Of a stretch of DNA of 64,000 nt, positions 17,281 to 39,910 are shown piece after piece. A program made the translations under genes and the position numbers. Source of the DNA: Macrostomum lignano (lineage: Eukaryota); NCBI GenBank assembly GCA_002269645.1, contig NIVC01002262.1, forward strand, positions 92,995 through 156,994. The letters run 5' to 3'. Positions within the stretch are counted from its first letter, which is position 1. Every line of letters begins with the position of its first letter. Below the pieces are notes generated by a model. That model saw only the letters and a list, made by a program, of their open reading frames with translations. It did no database searches and was not told where the DNA came from.

Positions 17281-18466
17281 TCGATTCTAGATCAACACGT
17301 CAGTGGGTCAACTCGCACCTGGTCAGGGACAGGTGCGCCGGGTCAGAAATGGCATTGAGCAGACAGGAGATGCAAGGCTCCACGGTTGAATTTGTCAGCA
17401 ATCTGTTCGTGAAACCGGCGCAATAAAAAACAACGGAAGAGTTCATCAAAACAAAATAATTCCAGACCGCCGGCGATCTCTGTGACCCGAAATAAAGGCC
17501 AAAAGTACATTGGAGCAGGGAATCGGACAGCTCAAGACCTGGCTATGTACAGACACCTGTGCCAGGGTAGGATAAGAACAAAAATATTACGCAAACAAAA
17601 ACACGGAGGTAAAATAACTCAACTATCACTGACTCGCCACCTGATTAAATTGGGTAATTGTTACTACTTATATAAGTAGCTGATTAAAATGGCGGGATAT
17701 ATGCATATATTACTAATTTAATACTAGTAACATGAAATAATACTATAGATGAAAGCATCGTTACAGAATTAAGACAAAGAGCACAATTAAAAGCTTAAAT
17801 TGCGCTACAATTAAAATACGAGTATAATGGCACACAACACAACACACTCTTGACAAGCTGAAATGATTTCCTAGAAATCAATATTATTTTAATAAAGTAA
17901 TCTCATCTCGACTTTGTCTAAAAATCGGTCAGTTTCCCGGGAATGCAAATGATTTCATAGAAAAGCAACAGGACAAAAAGAAATAACCAGACGGAAAAGA
18001 AACATATAGCTAGAATTGTGTTTCTTAGAAATGCTGATTTTTGTTATAATTTAATCGGATTTTCCCAGAAATCAATAGGATTTCTTAGAAATTAAACAGG
18101 CTTTTCTAGGAATTAATAGCATTTCCTATAAAGGGTTTCCCAGTTTGTTCTTAAACAGACTCAGCGCACTTTCTAGAATCAATTGATTTCCTAGAAACCA
18201 TATTGATTTATTAGTTACAGCTTGATTTAGAAGAGGAAGCTCAGATTTCTAAGAAATCAGTCCGACTCATCGCTTCTTACAAAATGGAATAAATTTAGTC
18301 AGTTAAAAATGAGCCCCCCAGACAAGCAACTGGTGAACATGTCCAGCTAGACTAAAGAGCTGGGCAGACAAAAGGAAAGTTAAAAATCGCACAGACAGAA
18401 GAGAACGGGAAAGCCAGTCAGACAGAGAAACAGAATCAGGAGCGACAATTGCAGCCCGACAACTCA

Positions 18467-28149
<9,683 letters not shown>

Positions 28150-28486
28150 CTGGCTGGCTCTGGAGAGTTTCACAGTGGCTAATTGATATTTAATATTGAA
28201 ATTTTCGCAAAGTTTTTTTATGATATTATATGATTTTTGTTTTAGAGCCTAAATGGTTAACCTATAGAATCATTCTTTAAAATATTTTTCTACTCTAATT
28301 TACTTCCTTTCCATTTTAAATTCTAAATATATGAAACAAATGAACAAATTAATTTAGTTTAATAGGGGTCTATGCATTAGTAATAGTGCCAACAATGCTA
28401 CAAATACTTGATAGCCAAGTAGTCACATCAAGCCAAGTAGTTAATAAGATTAAATAGCATGTCTGATTATAACTTGTAAACAAATA

Positions 28487-29312
28487 CAAGGGGCGTCCGG
28501 AAAGTAGTGTTACTATTACTCGGTGTGGACATATGGAAAGTTGCACTTGTATGAGTTTGGTGTCATTTGAAAGTGGCAAGTCTCTTCTTTAAAATGACAC
28601 CAATTGCAAGAGATTTGAATATGTGCTTCAAGAGATATGGATAATTAAGTAGAGATAGGTCGGTCATAAACTTACACAAGCTAAAATTTAAGCTAAAAAT
28701 AGCATTCAGCTTGAAATTTTATCGATTTTTCTTGCATGCATAAACTGTCTATGGCCAAATTCGATGCAGCAAATGAGAGGGGCTGCCTCAGAAAACTAAG
28801 ACTGCAGTTGCTGTGCTGAGTCCATAACAGTCGCGATCAATTGGAGAGCAAGGTTAGGAAGGTCCTGCTGCACCAGATTCCGAGAACTCTGTATGCAGAT
28901 GCCATCGACAAGATGCGAGACCGATGGGAGAAGTGCATCATGTCTGGTGGTGACTACGTTGAGAAGACAACTCTGCCAACCAATGAGTTATTTTAACATT
29001 GTTCGCTTGTATAACAATTTTGCTTGTTATCACTTGTTTTCACCTGTTTTTTACTGTACTTTTGTTGTGTTGTTTGGGTTTTTTTGGAGTGATTAATAAA
29101 AGTTTTCTGCAGACACAGCTTGTGTAAGTTTATGACCAACCTATCTCTACTTAATTATCCAGATCTCTTGAAGCACATATTCAAATCTCTTGCAATTGGT
29201 GTCATTTTAAAGAAGAGACTTGCCACTTTCAAATGACACCAAACTTATGCAAGTGCAACTTTCCATATGTCCACACCGAGTAATAGTAACACTACTTTCA
29301 GGACGCCCCTCG
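28487..29312 (+). mobile_element. Internally deleted Tc1/mariner (mariner-type) element, 826 bp, ~197-bp TIRs, TA target-site duplication
   Basis: Left end TA|CAAGGGGCGTCC, right end GGACGCCCCTCG|TA, long near-perfect inverted repeats. The internal remnant AIDKMRDRWEKCIMSGGDYVEK matches the mariner transposase C-terminus. Confidence 0.9.
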
Positions 29313-30954
29313 TATATTACTATATTCTAAGAAAAAAGAATCATAGCTTATAAACACATACACACAACTATATTCTAAGAAAAAAGACGCACTGTTTCAT
29401 AATAAACACAATCCTGAAGTGCCCTCCTGCACTGCAAAAAGTGTCCTCTTTTCCAAGCTCCCTTAGCCCAATACATTTTTGACACAACTGCCAGACCTGG
29501 CTATGCAACCATGTGTTTTCTTCAATTTTCTAAAAAAAATTAGATAGTGAAGAAGATGCTAGTTCCAATATATACAAAAAGCTATTTTTGGGTTTGGCTG
29601 TGTTTTTCAACAATCTCACAATGCACTACCTGGATTCCATATATCAGAGTGACAGTAGAAAGCAATTGGCATTGAGTATATATGAGAATAGAGCTTTGAC
29701 AATTTGCAAGGCATGTTAACTTAATTTATGTGCCCTCTTCTAATTTTATCAAGCTCTGCTTCTTCACCTCATTTTATCTTTCTCCCTAAGCAGATAGAAC
29801 ACATAAGGGAAAAAAGTTTTAAAGTGTAATAAAAATGTGCACTTAGCAAAAAAGTTTTTATATAAATAAATATAAATAAACAGATTTTAAATTTTGGTGT
29901 ATGTATTTTTCATGGAAAGTATAACCTATAAGCAGACTAAGCAATAAGATAAGGGCAAAGAAAAATGGACTAATATTAAACATTTTTGTGGTAATAATTA
30001 CAATTTATTAGTAAAGCAGCATAGTTGATATGAGTATATATTCAAAAAAGTCAAATTGAGCTATTGAATGATTAAGATCCCTATAAAAATATACCAATTA
30101 ATATTTTTTGCTGCTGCACATGTTTGAAATTATAAAACCAATAAAAGATAACAGTGGGAAATAATCTAGGCCTTTTTAAGTCCTTGATTGCTGATATTAG
30201 TTTTTGTATGAGTTTTAGTCACCACTGAATTTAGCTACTAAGCTCATGCATTATTAACTTGACTTAAAATGGAGATTTGATATAAAGTGAAAGAAACTGA
30301 AGCATTTTATGTATATGTAATAAATCAAGATTCAAGAATCAATATCTATTTGTTGTTGCCATTATAATTTTACATAAAACCTGTTTCAAGGAACACTGCA
30401 GTACAAATATTGTTCATTTTAGTGCGCATCATACAGTTTATTCTGTATGTATGGTGGTACATTAATATAAAAACAACAATTTTTGGTGTGAATTAAATTC
30501 AATGCAAGTTGTCATTAACCAATGTGTGAAAAATTGACTAATCTCTAAATTACTATTTAAAAAGTGGCTTAACTTACCATATTTATTTTTTTGCAGATAA
30601 AAATTTGTTTCTATGTGAAAAGTCTACTTATCTTTGTTTAAATAATTAATATTACATTCTTATGGATGTTACATTGCATTGTACAAATAGGCATGAAATA
30701 TGTAATATTTATGCTATACAAGCTGTTGAAACCCGCGGATTTTGAACCCGGGGAACTCCATTCCCCGGAATGATTTTTGCATGTACTCTAAAATCTGAGG
30801 TAAAACTCAAACAAAAACTTGTTCCCTTGTTAATAGTTAGGATAGAGTTAAACATAAAATAGTGTATATTCATATAATTAGGATTTGAGGCAAACATTGA
30901 TATTGTTGGCTGGGGTGCTGCGCAGAATGTCAGGCAAACTCTGGCCTCTACGTA

Positions 30955-32385
30955 CCTCTGCCTCTCCCTATGTCCTTTGCATCCTTTGAAACTTCCATCT
31001 TCTTTTCTGTTTCCTATCTTCTCTCTCGTCTTCTCTCTCTCCCCTCTTATCTCTTCTTTCTTCTCTCCTCTCTCGTCTCCTCTCTCGTCTCTTCCCTCTC
31101 CCCTCTATTCTTTTCTCTCTCTTCTCCTCTCTTCGCTCTGGTCTCTGGTCTCTCATATCTCCTTTCTCCTGTTTTATATTTTCTCATTTCTCTCTGCTCT
31201 CTACTCTCTCTCCCTCTGCTCTCTGCTCTCTCTTCCCTCACCTCTCTTCTCACTCCTTACTTAACTCCCTCTCTTAACACTTTCCTTATCTCTACTCTCT
31301 CCTTTTTCCTCTCTTCTCTCAACTCTTTCCTCTCCTCTCTCGTCCATTTCACCAATTTCCCCTGTCCTCTCGATTCTCTCCCTTCCCCTCCTCTCTCCTC
31401 ACTCACTTCTCATCTCTCCCGTCTCCACCTCTCATCCCTTATTTCTTATCTCTCCTCTTTTCTCTCTACTCTCCCATCTCTCGTCTGTTCACTCTCGTTT
31501 CTGCTCTCTCATCTCCCCTCTCTTATCTGTCATCTTTACTCTCATATGTTCTCTCACCTCTCTCCCCTTGTACTCCTCTCTTTCCCCTTTTTGACTCAGG
31601 AGGACTCGATCCTTTCTTCTTTCTTCTCGTCTCTTCTCTTCTCTCTTCTATACTCTCTCCCTCTCTTGTCTTCTCTCTTCTCTCTCACTCTCCTCTCTCC
31701 TCTCTTATATTGTCTGTTTACTCTCATCTTTGCTCTCTCATTCCCCTCTCTCTTCTGTCATCTCTACTCTCCTCTCTACTGTGTACTATTTTCTTCCCCT
31801 CTTCTGACTCCTCTCTTTCCTTACTCCTCTCTTCTCTTCCCTCTTTTATACTCTCTCCCCTCTATTCTCTTTTCTTGTCTCTCCGCACTCTGCTCTCTCT
31901 TCCTTCATCTCTAATCTCTACTCTACTCTCTCATATTTTCTTTCATCTCACTCATCTCTACAATCTCATCTCTTTCCTCTCTCCTCCTCTTCCCTTTACT
32001 CTATCATCTCTCCTTTGTCCTCTCTTCTTTCTCAACTCTCTCTCTCTCATCTCTATCTTCTCTCTTCTCACTCGTCTCTCCCCCTCTTATCTCCTCTCCT
32101 ATATCCTTTCTAATCCCCCTCTCGATACTCTCATCTCACTCTTCTCTACTCTCCTCTCTCATCGATCCTCTGTCTCATCTCTCCCCTCTTCTCTCTCCAT
32201 CTTCTCACCTTTACTATTTCCTCTCCCTTCTCTCTCCCCTCCTCTCGCTTCTTCATCCCATATTCTCTGCTCTCTCCTCAACCTCCTCGCATGTCTCTCC
32301 TGTTATCTTCTATCTTTTCTTTTATCCCCTCTCGCCCCTCCTCCCTTTCAAATAGTCTATTCCTTTTCCTTTTCACTCTCATCTG
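30955..32385. repeat. 1.4-kb CT-rich low-complexity polypyrimidine tract
   Basis: Extreme pyrimidine strand bias with no fixed period. Confidence 0.9.
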
Positions 32386-33009
32386 GCCCGTAGCCATGAG
32401 CTGGATTCTTTATCTGGCCTTTGAGATAAAAATCTGCCGATCCCTGCTTCGAAAGCCAGGTTGTGGGACATAGTACTATCATGGTTGTTATCATTTCCCA
32501 TGCTTTAATCACGTCATCTTTCTGGTCAATTAGCAGCGCTGAGAGAAATTTGTATATCTCCAGCTCCACCACCACAGTCTGCAGCAGTCTAACAACCATG
32601 GAAATATGCATTTCTTAGGAGGCCATTTAAATTTTAAAGTACCTTATGCGAATCTTAATGTTAAAATTTTTATGGTGCAACTAATTTAGTAGGATTGCAT
32701 TGTAATAAGTTATTCATTAATTTTTCGATATTTTTATAAACCATCCCACATCGCCTTGATTTGCCATCCTTGTTTAACTGCTGCAGACTTATCTATTCAG
32801 AGGAAAGGAAAGTGGTTTAAAATTGAATCTCTCGCTAAACTCTCTCCTCTCCACGCCTCTCCACTCGCGGGTACAGAGAAGGCTATTAAAAAGTTATTCC
32901 AAAACACTGTACATTCGCTATGTACATTGAGCCCTATCGCCTGACCCTTCTTCTGAGCTGGGGGAATGAGTGAGTGAGCGGCACAAACAACAGAAAAAGC
33001 AGACAAACT

Positions 33010-33555
33010 TCCCATGCTTACAGTTTCTGTCCTGATTGAGATACAGAGTTGAGACTTTACATGTAGGCAGAGAATGAGTCAATAAAGAATTTTGTCAAGT
33101 TTGAAGTCAATCGCTTCACGTGGAGCAAAACTATGGCAGCCAAAAGTTAGGCATTTTAAAACCTATTCACACCCTATGCCCAGATCAGGAAAGAGAGGCA
33201 GGCGGGCGGAGGTTGGGGTGGCTGCCTCGCTGAAAAAAACAGCCTAACTTTAAAAGTGCACAGCGGCTTTCAGGATTAACTTTGAAATTTGAAATTTTAC
33301 ACGATTGTGTCAAAATAGTTGAAAATTGCCTGTGTCAAATTTGAAGAGAATCGGTAGAAGTGAAGCGGCGCTATGGAGGATTAAGTGAAAAAATCGCGCA
33401 TTTTGAGCAGTTTTTTGCACTTTTAGGTGGGAAGACTCAAATTTAGGAAATTTAAAAGTAGCCTAAGACATTCTCCGTAGTAAGTTTAGGGTGGGTGTAA
33501 AGTTTGGTGTAATTTGGTTGAGCGGTTTGGGAGTCCATAGCGAAGTAATTTGTCC

Positions 33556-33588
<33 letters not shown>

Positions 33589-33612
33589 GTTTTGATTTTT
33601 ATAGGTAGAGAT
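33010..33612 (+). mobile_element. Possible non-autonomous Helitron/Helentron-like (DINE/HINE-type) interspersed repeat
   Basis: Ends in an (ACAG)n run followed by TTTTATAGGTAGAGAT, and contains phrases such as AAAGTTTGGTGTAATTTGGTTGAGCGGTTT that resemble this class. Similarity is from recall only; boundaries are uncertain. Confidence 0.35.
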
Positions 33613-34583
33613 AATTCTAATAAAAATCTCAAAAAGAGCTAATAGCAGCCAAATAACCTTTTTGTAAGTATAGAAAAGATTTGTATATAACATTTTTCCC
33701 AACATATTTAATATATAACATGCATTTGGAAAACTGTTTTTCTCATTTGCTTATTTAGCGCCCTAAAGGGGGGCATTTAAAGATTTCTAGTGCTGACCTA
33801 TTTATTTGGCTATAACTTATTGCTTAATAAGTGTACTTTGTCTATATGCCTAGCATAGAAATTAAATGCTGTATGCCAACAAGAATATTATGATTGCTTT
33901 CATAGAAAAAGCCAAGCAACCCCCTTGTAGGTTATGTGGCTTAGAGGAACCTATTGGCCAAAGGAAGCAAATTGAATAGGTAAATTAATGCTAATGTAAA
34001 ATACCCATGCATTTTACATATAGTAAGGGATAATTCCAGTCCTGGGACTTAGTAAACATGTAATAGTTGTTTAAAAACTATTTTTCAATGAGTTTTTTTA
34101 ATGTGAATTTATAGAGGTATAGGAAAATATGACCAGTGTATTATCAGTTTTTCAAAATTGGCTATAAGGTGAAGCCTGAATTCTTTTATTACTTTTTATG
34201 GCAATCAAATAAAATATTTTTTGTAAAATTGCAGCTACTACTTTTAAAGGCTACTTAACATTTTTTGTTTTTTTATTTGTTTTTAATAAGAAAAAGAATA
34301 GGAATTATAATAATATAGCTCCTAGGCTTAGCAATAATAAAATTAATAATAATAATTTAGCATTTCATATATTTATAATGTCTTAATATTTTTTGCTAAA
34401 GAATATCTATCTAAGCTTATAAAGCATTTAGTTAATGTTTAAAGTTTTTTAATTAAAGCAGAGACATACCTAAACAAAGCAACTATGCAATTTTTATGCA
34501 GAAAAAGCAAACTTTGACTATGAAAATGTAGAAAGATAAAAGATATATTAAAATATATATTATAAAAAATAGCAATGCCAATA

Positions 34584-35474
34584 GGTAGTGCTTATCCCCA
34601 CGGTACTGTAGGAATAATTTTCTGCTTATCTACACGGCACACTGACGAGATAGCTGGCTCATCTTCTATATATGCTGTGGGAATAATTTTCTGCTTATCT
34701 GCATGGCACACTGACGAGATAGCTGGCCCATCTTCTACATATGCCATGGGAATAATTTTCTGCTTATCCGCATGGCACACTGACGAGATAGCTGGCCCAT
34801 CTTCTACATATGCCGCGGGAATAATTTATTATTTAGTTTAGTACTTATGGTTTAAGTGCAGTATAACAACATAACTTTGCTTGACAATTTGTTTATTAGA
34901 AGTAAAGATTTAATGGCCTTTTTATGCAAAAAAATGCTAGTCGTGGTGTTGATCCAGATCAATAGCTTCTTAGTATCCTCAATTCAAATTCCCTTTCAAA
35001 AAGCTATAAACTATTCATGTACATGTAAGACTTGCACTTTGTCGAGACGTCAATCAAATGCAATTCTGACTTTATATTTCGAGGTGCCAAGTCACTACTC
35101 CACTTAACGCGAACAGAACATGTCCCAGTCTGATGCGATAGTGCTTTTGAAATTGGGGCGCACTTTCGGAAATTACAACAAAATACATTATCGATAATAT
35201 ACAATAACAATCCTAACCCCCAACTAAACAAAAATGCATCCATACGAAATTCAATGATGAGATTTGCTACATTCAGCACATATATGTAGAAGATATGGCA
35301 GCTATTTCGTCAGTGTGCCATGCGGATAATCAGAAAATTATTCCCACAGCATATGTAGAAGATGGGGCAGCTATCTCGTCAATGTGCCGTGTGGATAAGC
35401 AGAAAATTATTCCCACGGTACTGTTGGAATAAGACAGAAATTATTCCTACGGTACCGTGGGGATAAGTACTACC
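34584..35474. mobile_element. Non-autonomous foldback/MULE-like DNA element, 891 bp, modular TIRs, 9-bp TSD ATGCCAATA
   Basis: Termini GGTAGTGCTTATCCCCACGG and CCGTGGGGATAAGTACTACC. TIRs are built of ~70-bp subrepeats. The identical 9-mer flanks both ends (34575-34583, 35475-35483). Confidence 0.88.
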
Positions 35475-37425
35475 ATGCCAATATTGCAATAGGACAAAAT
35501 TGCAAACTATTATCATGTTTAATACTTAGTTAGTATATATAGGCCTAGTCTACCCTAATGATATTATGATATAGTGACTAACAATAAGTAGGAAGGCCTT
35601 TAACAAACAATTTAGATAATAGGGCCCAATATTATATATTAATTTTTTCATTTCTTTTTATTTTTAGACTTTAACTACAAATGTAGTCCTAAAATTTAAG
35701 CTATAGCCAGTATGCATGGACCACCATCGTCCAATCCATGCACCTCTTGAGTCCTTACTGACTAGTAGTATTGATTTATGTTTAGGCCTATGGCTAATTG
35801 TCTATGGGCCTATGGCTATGGGTCTTAATAATACTAATCAGCAATCAATTTGAAAAAAAGGTGTATACTGCAAAAATTGAGATTATCTGCCTTCACTAAT
35901 ACTAAAGCAAATGTGCATTTTGTATTCTTTATGTTATAGACTTAATTAGTCTTAATTAATTATAGACTTACTTAAATAGACTTAACAACTGCCTGTCTTC
36001 TTAACTAATTTTTATCTTCCCTTTGTCTTCAGTGAGAACGAGGAATACAAAAACTTTAAATGAAAACACAGAGTCGAGACTTTGTTCTGATGGTGTAGCT
36101 GTTGTTTTGCTGATTAGTATATTTAGGGAGTTAACAATTTATATTTACCGTCAAACAGTACGTTAAAAATTGTTGTTGATGGTCGCTGAACTGATCGACT
36201 AACTACGACTTCTTAAAATGGACATTATCGCGCGCTGAAAACTTTGGGTTACAAGTCTGAATTTGCCGAAAGTTTATATATTTAAAGTTTCTTTGAATTC
36301 AAGCTTTAAGATCAAAAACGGCTCGGGCAGATAAATAAATCCTCATTAAACTCTAAAAATTAATTACTAACATCGTTTGTTTATATGACATTCAAATATA
36401 CTTAATTTTCCGGTATACATTACAATTATCGTGTTTTGTACCGGCTATTAACTAGTTAATGCTTACAGAACCGGGGGCACGTGCTCATTAAAACAAAATC
36501 CTTTGCGGCACACAATGTGATTTTCCAACTTTTATCCTTCCCCAGAATTTAGCTCCTTTCCTTCAGGGGCATTGGGGTGCTGACATCCACCTGCTACACC
36601 AAAATGAGTGTCAGCCCTTCAAATAAAGCAGATTCAACCGGCGCTGCACTCATCCATAGTTTTTTCTAACCATTCGATGAATGGTTTTGACAGTTTTCCT
36701 GGTCAAATTGGCATGTTCAGCATTGCCAAGTGAAGTATGAGCCAGACTAATAGTCATACGAACCACGGTCTCGATGCTATTTTGCAGGTTAAAGGCTGTT
36801 TGGGGTCTGCACCTATATTTGCCTCTGGCAGCCGCAGGCTCTCCCACAGTCACGCAAAGTCGGCATTAGAACTAGAACCTGAGAGTGTTCAAGTGTTCAC
36901 CTAGTGCTGCTAGACGGACTGGGCTCCGGGTGTGGTCCTGCATTCTCTAATGTCTAAGATGTGTGATTGTGAATGCTTTGGAGTAGTCCCGTCGCTTTCT
37001 TTTACCGGCCAGTCAAGTGCTGGTTGCGGGTGTCGGACAGTCAAGTGCTTACAACAGTATGAGAACTTCTGCTTCCTGCTTCTCGATTTCTGCTGGTTGA
37101 TTCTGGCGCAATAAAAAATGAAAATTTTGCGCTTTTATCTAGCCGAGTCACGTACACTTTCAACTATTTATTGACATTCATACTGCAATTAACAGAAAAA
37201 TGACTGGCTCTACAGATATAACAAAAATGTTGGAATTGTTGGAATAGAATAAAAGTCCGAAAAAGATTTATTTCTGATTTAAGATATACAGTATATTATT
37301 CGTTCACGAAACAGTCACAATATTAAGTGCCGATCCGCTACAGAAAGAACTGGGCATTCTAAAACAGTATAGTTTTAATCCAGGCATCAGGCATCAGACA
37401 GTTCAATGTCACACCTGTTGACTTT

Positions 37426-39255
37426 CTAATTCAAATCACAATTGGACAGGACTGCAACAACGCTATAAGGCTTGTCCTTAGGCAGCAGGCCATGCGACAA
37501 TTTCACCTTGCCGAAGTGCAGTCCAATGTGGGTACTCGACGGGCGCAGTAGGAGAGGCAGAAACCGGCTTTTGTTGGCGATGAGAACTCGATTTTCGGCT
37601 TGGCAACGTTCGCGAAGAGCGTTGACTCGGGGTAGCGGCAGCGGCCCCTTGCCAGGCGCGTTGGTGTGGCTGGAGAGTGCAATTGAGGGGAGTTTTGGCA
37701 ACTGTTAAGTGGGAAGAATGGCACAGCGGGTGAGAGCATACGCTCGTATGCCGTGTTAGCTGAGTATTAAGCAGTTAAATCGGGTAAATTAAAAAGTGAC
37801 AAGTTAAGTTGAGCCCTGCTGTGAAAGAGAAATTACAGGTCGATGACATAGTTCTGTGCTGTAAAGTTTTCCAGCGCTGTATAGAGCCATCGGATGCCCC
37901 GCATAAACTGCAATGGCTGCACACTTGATAGCACACCTGGCCACCTTGCAGCAGGTGGGGGACCAGGGGCCCGTTCTATAAGAAGACACTCTTGACTCCT
38001 AAGCCTTCAAGGGTCTCCTAAATCTTGAATCCTTGATCGAAAATGTGTCCAATAAACCCAAGAGAAAATTTAAAGTGCTAGGAGACACTTTTAGGAGTCT
38101 AGGAGTAAATTTAGGTGCGTGAATCCCCCTAGACCACACTCCTTACTCTTGTTCAAGATCTTAAGAGTGGAAAGACGTACCTAGTTTATCATTAGTCAAT
38201 CGAAATTTTGCATAGCATTAATGTTTTCTGACTCTGATGAAGAGGACGACAACTTCTGGGATTCTCTAACCAGCCGCAGAAAGAGTACTCGTAATTTTCT
38301 TTCTTTCAGAATGCAACCAAGAGTTGCATTTCAAGTTGTCCCAAATCTTGCCCGTGCATATCGCCAGTCCTTGCCGGCAGTTGCAGGGTCAAAGCCACAT
38401 TTAGCTTTGCATTCGGAAACAATTCGTTTCCACGTTTCTTCTTTTCTTTGCCTGGTTACGGAAATAGAAAAGGAACCAAAAAGGACTGCCTTCTTCCTTT
38501 CCGCAAATTTACGAACAAATTGTAACTTTTGCTGGTTCTGCATTGTGCACGCACCTTTCGTAATTGCGCAATAACTTCATACCAAGCCCCAACTCCCTAG
38601 CCCGCACTCCTAGAGTTTAGCCCTTGAGAAGTGAGTGGTTCGTCGGACAAAATTTCAACAATTCAAAAAATAAAGCATTGAATTTAAATTTAAACAGTTT
38701 TACAATAAAGATTCGGTCATCTCTATAAAAGCAGAGGGAAGCCAACGCATTGTCTCACCTTCCCTTATTGGTCCAGTAGTGAAACACAGCCTCGGGCAGC
38801 TCCTCCTTGGACCGCACAGCATTGTCCGTATAGACCAAACAGTCCAGCCTGATCTGTTTGTCCAGCGGCTGGCCATCGACTGGCACTACGGTGTACCGCA
38901 GGTCAAACCGGCTGTCAGGAATGTAGTGCAGGCCGCTGACAACTTCGGCCCTGTCATTCCAGACGGCCTCGGCGCCGCGGCACATGCTCGGCGACAGAAT
39001 TAGCGGCCGAATACCGCGACCGATCCTGCGCTGGTTGATCAGCGACACCAGCGATTGATTGAATGCGGCCCGCTTGTCCTTCGCGATTGAGTAGGAATTA
39101 CTTCGGCCGGGGTCATTTCGGCCGTCCAGAAACACCAACTGGTAGTCCTTAGAGGCCGCCTCTCGCCTGTCGGAGCTGTCGATTTCATCTGTCCTGGGAA
39201 TTTCGATCGAGTCGGTGGAGGCTCTGCGCCTGAAACAGCTGCACATGGAGCTCAT
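37426..39255 (-). CDS. Divergent CAP/GAPR-1-like protein, paralog A, 246 aa. Exons 39255-38759 and 37669-37426
   Basis: Shares FNxxLVSLINxxR...PLxL, DCLxYTDN..RSKxxLPEAVFHYW and IGLHFGK...PYSVV with paralogs B-D. Phase-2 GT-AG intron at the same position. The CAP assignment comes from motif spacing (inference). Confidence 0.72.
38270..38560 (-). pseudogene. Myb/SANT-like DNA-binding domain relic (Harbinger-accessory/MSANTD-like), nested in the paralog A intron
   Basis: VLFGSFSISVTRQRKEETWKRIVSEC...KDWRYAR; a 1-nt frameshift restores (D)KIWDNLK. Confidence 0.55.
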
Positions 39256-39575
39256 TTTGCTAAACAGGAGTCTGAAGACTTGCGCTCAACACTGTCCAAT
39301 GGTTCAAGTTTTATACGCGGTTGGAATTGGCCTGATGACACAATTCAATGTACATTCAAATTAGCTTGTACATGCATTGAAGAGGGGGCCGGTACACTTA
39401 ACGTCTCTCCCTTGATGGTGTTTTCTAAATTTAGAAGCTGCACATTTTTTTGCTAAAAAAATGATTTAGGCCTATGAAAACATAAAGTCCGGTTTACGAG
39501 AATTTACAGTCTAGTGAGACGCGTAAATGCTCACATCTGATGGCAGTATAAATGAGTAATTTTCCTATTTCATAC

Positions 39576-39910
39576 GGGTTTGTAGCCTAGTGGTTAGAGC
39601 GTCTGACTCACGACTTGAATGTCCGGGGTTCGAATCCCGATCCCACTGGAACAATTTGTGTCCTTGAGCAAGACACTATACTCTGCATTGCTTCAGTTCA
39701 CCCCGCTGTAAAAATGGGTGACAGCATTCGCTGGGGTAATTGAGGGTGTGTGTGGCGACCCCCAGTCTTTGGATTGAACAGCCGTACACAGCCGTCAATG
39801 CGCCGCGCAATAGCTGCGGCTGAGCTGTCGGTTGCACATCTGCCCATTAGGGCTGGTGTGATCGATTATAAAATAATTAGTTATTATTGCTATTATTATT
39901 ATTGTTATTA
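39576..39910 (+). mobile_element. tRNA-derived SINE with a CORE/Meta-like central domain and (TTA)n-like tail
   Basis: A-box TAGCCTAGTGG (39583) and B-box GGTTCGAATCC (39627), then TGTGTCCTTGAGCAAGACACT...GCTGTAAAAATGGGT, then an AT-rich tail. A second copy lies at 63458. Confidence 0.85.

Noticed and set aside
30970-32393. Leu/Ser-rich membrane-protein-like ORFs
   Set aside because: Artefact of the CT-rich tract.
36560-37110. Possible decayed exon on the minus strand
   Set aside because: Multiple stops in every frame and no recognisable motif.
39576-39650. tRNA gene
   Set aside because: It has A and B boxes but no complete cloverleaf, and it continues into a SINE body and tail.
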